A stretch of DNA of 64,000 nucleotides from an uncultured Taibaiella sp. (GTDB lineage Bacteria; Bacteroidota; Bacteroidia; Chitinophagales; Chitinophagaceae), in assembly GCA_964448955.1 (NCBI GenBank), contig CAYUXT010000004.1, positions 36,346-100,345 of the forward strand, given 5' to 3'. Below are positions 57,201 to 64,000 of the stretch, one piece after another. Below the pieces are notes generated by a model. It saw only the letters and a list, made by a program, of their open reading frames with translations, made no database searches and was not told the DNA's origin. Made by a program: the position numbers and the translations under genes. Within the stretch, counting starts at the first letter, position 1. Each line of letters opens with the position of its first letter.

Positions 57201-60200
57201 GTATTCCTCCTCTTTGTCCTTCAGTTACTGTAAAATTCATCATATCTTTTACCGAACCCTCTTCCAGAGCTTTAAAAACAGTATGCACTTTTGCATCATT
57301 AGCTTTTGTTAATACTTTAGTTTTAAGTTGGTCGCCGGTGTATGCTATTTCTCTGTTGGTAACAATGGCAATATCTTTTTCTATTTTGCTGTTCCAATCT
57401 ATAATAGCGTGTGTATAGTATTTTTGAATTACTTCTTGTCCTTTGGCATCTTTGGTTTTGATATTTACCAAATACCAACCATTTTGTGGAAATGCTTTAA
57501 GCGCCATTAAATCCAAAGCCTGTTTACCACTATATGTTTTAGTAAAAGTGGTGTGCAATTCTTTCCAAACTTCTTTATCGTTTTCGTTTTTATAGACATC
57601 GTTTGGAAAGTATGTTTTAAAAGTAGGTTCATCATAAAGAAATTGGTCTGGAGTTTCCCAAAGTCTTGATTTTAGTAATTGTTTGGGAGCATCTAATTTT
57701 ACTACGCTAAAAGTATATTCGTTTGGAATTTCAATATTATTTACGTTGGTAACTTTTACGGTTATATTCTTTAAATCTTCGGTAGTAATATCTTCGCGTA
57801 TATTGGCATCAACTAAAGCATCTCTGTATGCAGCACTTACCGATTGAGTAAATTCGTGAGTTTCGCCATTTTGGTCTGTAATTTTTACATTAATGGTGTA
57901 TGTAAACACAGGAAATAATTCGGGATTAGTATTGTCGGGAATGGCATTAAAAGAGATAGTATATTTGCCTTGTTCATCTGTAATTGTGCTACCTACATTT
58001 ATTGTTTCGCTACTATTATTCAACATTGGATACCAATAACATCGCCAAGGGAAAGGAAACCTAACATTTCTTACTATCGAATATTCAACTTTAGCGGCAT
58101 CAATATTATTACCTGCAGAAGACTTTACTTGCCCTTTTACATTTACTAAATCATTTACAAAAAAATCGCCTTTTAGGGTATCAAATTCATTAAAGAATTT
58201 AGGTCGTTTGTACTCTTCTATTTGAATGGATTTAGACTCATTGCCATTAATTTTAACTAAATAATTTCCTGTAAAACCATTTTCGGGAGCAATAAAGCTG
58301 CCTTGTACACTGCCAAATTCATTAGTGGTTAATTCTATACTTGTTTCGGGAGTGCCTCCATAACTATACCTCGTCAAGATTACTTTCACTTTTTTGTTAG
58401 CAACAACTTCTGTAACATTATTAGGTTTTTTGTTTACTACAATACCTTTAAAATAAATGGTTTGACCAGGTCGGTAAATATCTCTATCGGTAAATATAAA
58501 AGCATTGCGCTTTTCTGAATTTTCAATTTCTTTATAAAAAGACAAATTAGCCTGTTCGGTTAATTTATCATCTTTAAAACTGATTAACATTTTATCAAAA
58601 CTATAATTGATGGACTCATCTAATTTAATTTCACCTTTATCATTAGTAGTAAAGGATTTATTTATATTGTCTTTATAAAAAGAAGAAAATTTAATTGTTG
58701 CATTAGGTAAGGGTGTTCCTATTGTTCTGTCTAAAATTTTAATGGTGTTTCCTGCTCTAAGATAAGCTATGTTAGAAACTTGAAATTCTAAATCTACCCA
58801 ATTGTAATAATCTATTACCTCTTGCTGTGGTGATAGAGATATTATGAAATACCTGCCCATTGGTAAGGCATCAATTTTAAATTCTACTCTATGATGCATT
58901 AAATCTTCTGTGCCGGGTAAATCAATAGAATATTGTTTAATTGCCTTTTGATTCGAAACTCTTTTCTTGTAATTTTCATAGCTTTCATTTTTATTTTGTT
59001 CTAAATAAGGTACTATTGCTAACTCACAATGTTTTATATTTTGATATTCTAAAAGTATTTTAAATGGAGTTTCCGGTAATACTACATTTTCTCCTTTAAT
59101 ACTAAAATATTCAGCTTTTAAGTTAGCAATAGATTCATACAAATCGTTACTTTCTTTGGTATTCGGAAATTTATATATCAACTCTTCGTATTCTTTTACC
59201 GCATCAATCAGTTGAATGGTTTTATCTTGTAATTCTTGAGCAATATTGTAATGTCTTGCTTTAGCTGAAATGGATAAATGTGCATAGTGGAGAGCTAAGT
59301 TATTTACGATTGTGGCTATTGTCTTTTTTCCAAACACAAAATTATCCTTAAAAAACATAATTCTATTCCAATCTGTTTCGGCTAATTTTTCGGTGTTTTT
59401 ATTATTTAGATAATACTCTGTAAGTAACTGAAATGCTTGTATGGTTTGCTTTTTAATGTCTATATTGTTTTCATCTGATGCAAACTTTTTATCTATAAAT
59501 ATTTTATGCTGTAGCGTAAGCCAAGAAGTATCAACGGTTCTGTATTGCTTAAAATCTTGAGAAAAATAATCAATATTTTGTTGGTTAAATTGTAGGTATT
59601 GCTTTAATATAAACTCGTATAAATTACTATAGTCCGTTTTTCCGGTTTGGTTAATTTCTAATAAAAGGGAATTGTATTGTTCTATTGGCGTTTTAAGCAA
59701 TTCGGCTTTATAGCTCAGTGTTTTGTCGAACAGTTTATAAATAGTATCTACAAATTGGGTTTCTGTCCAGGCGGTAGGTTTTAATGTTTCGTTGGCTGTG
59801 CTAACTTTGGTTCTTTGTATTATGTTCCATCTATCTTGCCCAAAATACTGTGTATAAGAAACCGCTTTAATAGCAGTTACCAATGCTTTATCGGTATTAT
59901 TGTACGCAACTGCATCTAACGATTCTAATAATTCAAAAGCATCTTCTTGGTTTTCTGTTTTATTGATTTTTAGTTGTATTTGACGAACAGATGCGTTCAG
60001 GTATTCTGCATTGTTTTTTTCTTTTTTGGCAAAATCTAAAATTTGCTGAACAGTCTTTGCTGCTTGTTGTTCCAAGCCATTATCCATAAGGCTGTCGTAT
60101 TGCTCCCAGAGTTGTTTGTATAGTTGATTTTGTGCCATAGATGTTATAGAGTTAAAACTTGCAATAAAAATCAAGATTGCAATTCGTATTTGGGTTGTGT

Positions 60201-60204
60201 TCAT
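54202..60204 (-). CDS. bacterial alpha-2-macroglobulin family protein with intact thioester motif
   Basis: 2000 aa with a signal peptide. Thioester CAEQ in LASYPYDCAEQVFSRF, encoded at 55825-55836. Multiple MG-like repeats. The C-terminal region is typical of A2M receptor-binding-like ends. Confidence 0.85.
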   Translation of the reverse strand: MNTTQIRIAILIFIASFNSITSMAQNQLYKQLWEQYDSLMDNGLEQQAAKTVQQILDFAKKEKNNAEYLNASVRQIQLKINKTENQEDAFELLESLDAVAYNNTDKALVTAIKAVSYTQYFGQDRWNIIQRTKVSTANETLKPTAWTETQFVDTIYKLFDKTLSYKAELLKTPIEQYNSLLLEINQTGKTDYSNLYEFILKQYLQFNQQNIDYFSQDFKQYRTVDTSWLTLQHKIFIDKKFASDENNIDIKKQTIQAFQLLTEYYLNNKNTEKLAETDWNRIMFFKDNFVFGKKTIATIVNNLALHYAHLSISAKARHYNIAQELQDKTIQLIDAVKEYEELIYKFPNTKESNDLYESIANLKAEYFSIKGENVVLPETPFKILLEYQNIKHCELAIVPYLEQNKNESYENYKKRVSNQKAIKQYSIDLPGTEDLMHHRVEFKIDALPMGRYFIISLSPQQEVIDYYNWVDLEFQVSNIAYLRAGNTIKILDRTIGTPLPNATIKFSSFYKDNINKSFTTNDKGEIKLDESINYSFDKMLISFKDDKLTEQANLSFYKEIENSEKRNAFIFTDRDIYRPGQTIYFKGIVVNKKPNNVTEVVANKKVKVILTRYSYGGTPETSIELTTNEFGSVQGSFIAPENGFTGNYLVKINGNESKSIQIEEYKRPKFFNEFDTLKGDFFVNDLVNVKGQVKSSAGNNIDAAKVEYSIVRNVRFPFPWRCYWYPMLNNSSETINVGSTITDEQGKYTISFNAIPDNTNPELFPVFTYTINVKITDQNGETHEFTQSVSAAYRDALVDANIREDITTEDLKNITVKVTNVNNIEIPNEYTFSVVKLDAPKQLLKSRLWETPDQFLYDEPTFKTYFPNDVYKNENDKEVWKELHTTFTKTYSGKQALDLMALKAFPQNGWYLVNIKTKDAKGQEVIQKYYTHAIIDWNSKIEKDIAIVTNREIAYTGDQLKTKVLTKANDAKVHTVFKALEEGSVKDMMNFTVTEGQRGGIHYVSYFIKDNRIYETKKFVKIPFNNKDLQIKLLTERSKLLPGSKEKWSYNITGEKSKIFQTEFLAGMYDASLDALYKSNWDFNNLMTGVLGVYIKSNFNDCKWGRTWINVYKDEKLFSIAEFNTPYYDIYAIPKLRINYDEDIYRYSDGSPEVTEYYKKRAKSILANKAVSDRNTSGFAPMSGNEFVRKEKVADVSLSPRHMTLLEPTVEGENDKAENTSFSPRTNFNETAYFYPQLRTNANGDVSFEFTMPEALTSWRWRTFAHTKDWKIGYLEGEVKTQKDLMVQPNIPRVFRQMDDVTLSSKIVNLTNENIQAETWVEILNAKTLQSLALPFRLQNTKQLISIPAGQSKEVSWNIHIPESIYEPVILRIMAQAGNHTDGEEHYIPVITNRMLVTETLPLPMLGNGNKDFTFNKLLNANSKTLLHKGLTVEYTANPTWYVVQALPYLASYPYDCAEQVFSRFYGNAIAADIVKKTPKIEKIFNEWQTKDMAALISNLQKNEQLKSALLEETPWVLEAQDETAQKQRIAALFETQKLSRDVNKTLKQLEKKQLSNGAFSWFEGMYPNRYITQTIALGLLKMQDKNIAIAKETEAQSIIQKAMQYLESKMVDDYQNLINRKIKLDQNNLSPSTIQYLYAFSLSKQNIPTKHKKEYEYYLSQVKQYWNTQGLMMQAYIAEILYANQQETTAKTIIESLRQRAIINEEMGMYWKYQSGYYGWYEAPIETQAILIQAFKKIDKKANEIAQMQTWLIKNKQTNRWHSTKATVEACYALLADNTNILDQQAKVNIQIGDKNIASENIKQQAGTGYFIANIEGKAVNTQMGNIKVTVTDNNAALPSWGAVYWQYFEQYDKITNANTSLKIQKEIFKATNTTKGEVLNAITSKTPIHIGDKVVVRITVTSDRDLEYVHIKDTRAACFEPKDVLSQYHYKGALGYYQSTKDISTNFFVDNLSKGTYVLEYVVYANAKGTYSSGIANIQCMYAPEFTAHSSGEILKVE

Positions 60205-60514
60205 AAATGAATGAATTTATAGTTTAAAGGTATAAAAAACGGATAAATACCAATGTAAAAAGCGAAATTATTGGTATTGTATTCAATTATCGCTTTTGTA
60301 ATATTTAAAAAATTTAAAATCATTGTTGGTATTGTTAAACTCGTATAGATTTTATGTAAACTTGACGATTTGTAGAAAGTTGTACAAACTTGTAATCAAT
60401 ACATTTAGACAAATAAAACCAACAATGATAAAACCTCAATAACTGATTATTAATTTTTAATAAATTAGCACTATTACATTTTTATTTAACTTTACCATCT
60501 AAATATAAAATTGG

Positions 60515-61330
60515 ATGTCGGTATATGGGAGCGTAAAGCGTGTTACTACCCACACTTTGCAACAAATGAAACAAAACGGCGAAAAAATTTCGATGATTAC
60601 GGCGTACGATTATGCCTTTGCCGGCATCTTCGACGAAGCCGGAATGGATATAATACTTGTAGGTGATAGCGCTTCTAATGTAATGTTAGGGCACGAAACC
60701 ACCTTACCCATTACATTAGACCAAATGATATATATGGCAGGAAGTGTGGTAAGAGCAGCACAAAGAAGTTTTGTAGTTTGTGATTTGCCTTTTGGTACTT
60801 ATCAGGGCAATAGCAAAGAAGCCTTAAACTCTTCAATACGAATAATGAAAGAATCGGGAGCACACGCTGTAAAATTAGAAGGTGGTAGAGAGGTAAAAGA
60901 TTCGGTGGAGCGTATAGTAAGTTCGGGCATTCCGGTTATGGGTCATTTAGGACTTACCCCACAATCTATATACAAATTTGGTACTTATACCGTTAGGGCA
61001 AAAGAAGAAGCAGAAGCAGAAGCCTTAGTACAAAACGCACACCTGCTACAAGAAGCAGGCGCATTTGCTATAGTGTTAGAAAAAATTCCGGCACAATTAG
61101 GCAAAAGAGTTTCAGAAGAATTAACGATACCTATAATTGGTATAGGTGCGGGTAAATATACAGACGGACAAGTTTTGGTAATGCACGATGTATTGGGGAT
61201 TACTAAAGATTTTTCCCCACGATTTTTGAGAAGATATGCCGACTTGCGCAATACTATTAAAGATGCTACTACACAATATATAAATGATGTAAGAAGCTTA
61301 GATTTTCCTAACGAAAAAGAACAATATTAA
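60515..61330 (+). CDS. panB: 3-methyl-2-oxobutanoate hydroxymethyltransferase
   Basis: 271 aa. [39 protein letters not shown] and GHLGLTPQS. Confidence 0.9.
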   Translation: MSVYGSVKRVTTHTLQQMKQNGEKISMITAYDYAFAGIFDEAGMDIILVGDSASNVMLGHETTLPITLDQMIYMAGSVVRAAQRSFVVCDLPFGTYQGNSKEALNSSIRIMKESGAHAVKLEGGREVKDSVERIVSSGIPVMGHLGLTPQSIYKFGTYTVRAKEEAEAEALVQNAHLLQEAGAFAIVLEKIPAQLGKRVSEELTIPIIGIGAGKYTDGQVLVMHDVLGITKDFSPRFLRRYADLRNTIKDATTQYINDVRSLDFPNEKEQY

Positions 61331-61426
61331 TTTAGTGGAGAGTGGACAGTTTATAGTGGATTATGAATTTATTGTTACTATTATATAAATACTATTACTT
61401 TTTTTTAACTTTTTAATTTTTAATTT

Positions 61427-62047
61427 ATGAAAAACATACTTTTTGTCTCTATTTTGGCATTTTCAGCAACAAATTTATTTGCTCAAGAAGGGATCGTTAA
61501 ACCTAATATTCAGTCTGCTCCAATAGGCTATACCCTACCCGATTACAATGCTGTAGATGTACTCACCGGAAGGTCTTTAACTGTCAATCAACAAGTAAAT
61601 GACAAAGGATTATTGGTAATATTTTCTTGTAATACCTGCCCGTATGTAATTAAAAACATTAAACGTACCAACGAAGTATTGGCAAAAGCCAAATCCTTAA
61701 ATATACCTGTAGTAATCGTAAATTCTAACGAAGCACAAAGAGACGAAGCCGACAGTAAAAATGCTATGTTGGCTTATGGTAAAGAACATAAATACCCTAA
61801 TTACCTTTACGATGAAGCATCTAATTTTGCCAATAACTTAGGAGCTACCAAAACGCCCGAAATTTTCTTATTCGATAAAAACAGCAAATTAGTTTATAAA
61901 GGGGCTATGGACGATAATCCTGGCAAACCCGACGAAGCAGAAGTAATGTATTTAGCCAATGCAATGGAAAATTTGGTGGCTAACCAACCAATAGAACCAA
62001 AAGAAACAAAATCTGTTGGTTGCACTATTAAGAGAGCAAAGAAATAA
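61427..62047 (+). CDS. thioredoxin-fold (redoxin/TlpA-like) protein
   Basis: 206 aa with a signal peptide. The CNTC active-site-like CxxC sits in VIFSCNTCPYV. Confidence 0.7.
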   Translation: MKNILFVSILAFSATNLFAQEGIVKPNIQSAPIGYTLPDYNAVDVLTGRSLTVNQQVNDKGLLVIFSCNTCPYVIKNIKRTNEVLAKAKSLNIPVVIVNSNEAQRDEADSKNAMLAYGKEHKYPNYLYDEASNFANNLGATKTPEIFLFDKNSKLVYKGAMDDNPGKPDEAEVMYLANAMENLVANQPIEPKETKSVGCTIKRAKK

Positions 62048-62183
62048 AAAAAAATTCAGTAATAATAGCCTTAGCTTTTTGTGATTAATTTCCAAAATGC
62101 TAAGGCCTTTTTTATGTATTTAGGCAAGTAATTTAGATTTTTAGTAATTTTCGTCAAAAATCAGATAAACTAACCGTTAACTT

Positions 62184-62372
62184 ATGGAAATTATAATAGT
62201 AATAATTTTAATTATCATAGGATTAGTAATATATTTTCTTCCAACTATTATTGCGTCCGGCAGAAATGCAACCGCAACATTTTTAATTTTTCTCGTCAAT
62301 CTATTTGGCGGCTGGACGGTTGCTTTATGGGTTTTCGTGTTTATTAGGGCATTTTGTTCTAAGAAAAAATAA
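62184..62372 (+). CDS. superinfection immunity (Imm_superinfect) family small membrane protein
   Basis: 62 aa, two TM segments. YFLPTIIASGRNA...LVNLFGGWTVALWV matches the remembered pattern (FLPsiiA..r.h...i.llNl.lGWT.iGW). Confidence 0.6.
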   Translation: MEIIIVIILIIIGLVIYFLPTIIASGRNATATFLIFLVNLFGGWTVALWVFVFIRAFCSKKK

Positions 62373-62390
62373 AAAACTTTATACCATCAA

Positions 62391-63098
62391 ATGAATATCA
62401 TCGTTCTTGGCACATTAATTCTGATAATTTTTATAGCTTATTTGTTTATTCAATACTCAATTAAAGAAAAAAATAAAAAGCTCATAGAATCTGTTACACA
62501 ATTAAATAGGGGAACGAAATCAGAAATAGATTTAGTGTTGAAATTATTAAAATATGGCATTCCGAATCAAAACATTTTTCACGACTTATACGTTAAGCGG
62601 TATAATAATACTTATTCACAGATAGACTTAGTTGTGCTTACAAATATAGGTATTATTGCATTTGAAGTAAAAGACTACAGTGGTTGGATCTTCGGCACCG
62701 GATATAAACATCAATGGACTAAAGTACTCGCATATGGAAAACGAAAATATAAATTTTACAATCCTATATTGCAAAACAATCAGCATATAAAAGAGCTTAA
62801 AAGACTATCACCACAATTTACCAAAGTGCCATATTTTTCCATAATAGTTTTTTATGGAGATTGCCAATTAAAAGACATCACTTTTATTCCGGAAGGAACA
62901 TTTATCGTAAAACACAATAGAATTTTAGATGTATTAAATTTGATTTTAAAAACTAATAATCCAATAAATTATATAGACAAACCCGAAATAATTAGCTTAC
63001 TTAAAACTGCCGTACAAAATGGCAGTAATACTGCAATAGTCCAAAAACATACCGAAAATATAAATGATAGTTTAGGAAGGAGTAAAATTTTCGATTAG
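62391..63098 (+). CDS. NERD (nuclease-related) domain protein with N-terminal TM anchor
   Basis: 235 aa. QIDLVVLTNIGIIAFEVKDYSGWIFG...W fits the NERD core (D..vl...gi.viEvKn.sG). Confidence 0.7.
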   Translation: MNIIVLGTLILIIFIAYLFIQYSIKEKNKKLIESVTQLNRGTKSEIDLVLKLLKYGIPNQNIFHDLYVKRYNNTYSQIDLVVLTNIGIIAFEVKDYSGWIFGTGYKHQWTKVLAYGKRKYKFYNPILQNNQHIKELKRLSPQFTKVPYFSIIVFYGDCQLKDITFIPEGTFIVKHNRILDVLNLILKTNNPINYIDKPEIISLLKTAVQNGSNTAIVQKHTENINDSLGRSKIFD

Positions 63099-63194
63099 TA
63101 ATATGCTTTGGAATTGCCACGTTTGGATATGAACTATAATGCTTGTATTCAATCTACATTAAAAATCTTATTTTGTAAAACAAAAATATGTTTT

Positions 63195-63202
63195 TACCTT
63201 TG
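63195..63202 (+). promoter_or_regulatory. candidate -7 box (TACCTTTG) for the rpsF-rpsR operon
   Basis: Matches TAnnTTTG, 98 nt upstream of the rpsF ATG. Confidence 0.35.
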
Positions 63203-63207
63203 CCGTC

Positions 63208-63269
63208 CGAAAAATCAACCCTCTTGTAAATACCTTTTGCAAGAAGACCAAAGTTGCAGTTGATTTTCG
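63208..63269 (+). promoter_or_regulatory. structured rpsF 5' leader (possible S6:S18 autoregulatory element)
   Basis: CGAAAAATCAAC (63208-63219) pairs with GTTGATTTTCG (63259-63269), leaving one bulged A. An inner imperfect stem CTTGTAAA/TTTGCAAG is enclosed. Confidence 0.3.
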
Positions 63270-63299
63270 ATTTATTAATTAACCAAATTTATTTAACAA

Positions 63300-63689
63300 A
63301 TGGCAACAGTAAATGTTCAAAACTATGAGCTAATGGTCATTTTCACTCCGATTTTAGCGGAAGATGAATTTAAAAATGCTCAGAAAAAAATCACTTCTCT
63401 TGTAGAAGAAAACGCGGGAACTATTGTTCATTCTAATCCTTGGGGACTACGCACGCTTGCTTACCCTATCGAAAAGAAAACTACCGGTATCTATTATGTA
63501 CTCGAGTTTAATGCTCCTACCGAAGTAATTGCAAAATTAGAAGTGCAACTTAACCGCGACGAAAACGTTATGAGACACATGGTTAATCGTCTTGACAAAT
63601 TTGCAATAGCATACAACGAGCGCAAAAGAAACGCTCCTGCTAAAGCAAAAGAAACTAAAGAAGAAACACCTGCCGAAAACGAAGCATAA
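63300..63689 (+). CDS. rpsF: 30S ribosomal protein S6
   Basis: 129 aa. YELMVIFTP...WGLRTLAYPIEKKTTGIYYVLEF, with an acidic/Lys-rich tail. Confidence 0.9.
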   Translation: MATVNVQNYELMVIFTPILAEDEFKNAQKKITSLVEENAGTIVHSNPWGLRTLAYPIEKKTTGIYYVLEFNAPTEVIAKLEVQLNRDENVMRHMVNRLDKFAIAYNERKRNAPAKAKETKEETPAENEA

Positions 63690-63738
63690 TTCATTTCTAT
63701 CAAAACATTTATTTCAAAAAAAATTAAACAACATTTAA

Positions 63739-64000
63739 AATGGCAAGAGCAAACGATATAAAATATCTAAGTGCTGCACGCATCGAGAAACGCCCTAAAA
63801 AGTATTGTCGTTTCAAAAAATTAGGTATTAAATACATTGATTACAAAGACGGTGAATTCTTGAAAAAATTCTTGAACGAGCAAGGTAAAATGTTACCACG
63901 CCGTATTACCGGAACTTCCTTAAAATATCAACGTAAACTCGGTCACGCAATTAAAAAAGCGCGCCAAATGGCAATATTGCCTTATGTAACTGACCTTTTA
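63739..64000 (+). CDS. rpsR: 30S ribosomal protein S18 (3' end outside the window)
   Basis: Not in the track because it has no stop in the window. My translation: [87 protein letters not shown]. Confidence 0.9.

Noticed and set aside
60321-60427. 10-bp inverted repeat CATTGTTGGT / ACCAACAATG, 87 bp apart, between the divergent alpha-2-macroglobulin and panB genes, as a possible inverton.
   Set aside because: The repeats are short, AT-rich and statistically weak. No recombinase gene is nearby and there is no clear promoter box inside.
1-64000. Search for CRISPR arrays, rRNA genes, additional tRNAs, reverse transcriptase/retron or DGR signatures, and integrase/recombinase genes.
   Set aside because: No regularly spaced direct repeats, no rRNA-like conserved blocks, and no RT (YxDD) or tyrosine/serine recombinase motifs were seen in any long ORF. 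Only one tRNA folded convincingly. This was a by-eye search, so small or degenerate instances could have been missed.

Overview
AT-rich Bacteroidota-type chromosomal segment. The phylum call rests on a T9SS C-terminal sorting domain, GldD- and PorD/DUF4835-like genes, a long-form RpoZ, a BamD-RpoZ-CoaBC gene order and TAnnTTTG -7 boxes. All protein calls come from reading the supplied translations and my own translations against remembered family motifs; no search was run. The window splits into three parts. (1) 1-16.3 kb is a phage-derived but structurally incomplete island. It holds an S49 prohead-protease-like gene cut by the window edge, an orphan tape-measure gene, a DUF4065/Panacea cassette, an AntA-like gene, a DnaQ-BRCT exonuclease, a Rha regulator and a large SF3-like P-loop replication protein. 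Next to the replication gene lies a 310-bp block of GGAACAA/GCAACA repeats bounded by 26-bp inverted repeats. (2) 16.4-64 kb is mostly housekeeping: dusB, fused 2-oxoacid dehydrogenase E1, M1 peptidase, histidine kinase, icmF, tilS, tsf, tRNA-Arg(CCT), gldD-like, coaBC, rpoZ, bamD, dcp, a 2000-aa alpha-2-macroglobulin, panB, rpsF and rpsR. (3) Small accessory insertions interrupt the housekeeping part. One is a RAYT-type Y1 transposase with a perfect 19-bp palindrome after icmF. One is a ~290-bp TIR-bounded miniature element that splits an ORF and whose removal restores the reading frame. One is a superinfection-immunity/NERD gene pair just upstream of rpsF. I found no CRISPR array, no rRNA and no integrase. 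The best candidates for something undescribed are: the 182-aa partner of the Panacea protein (7572-8120), the inverted-repeat/iteron block (13159-13468), the miniature element (37133-37424) and the Imm-NERD pair (62184-63098).
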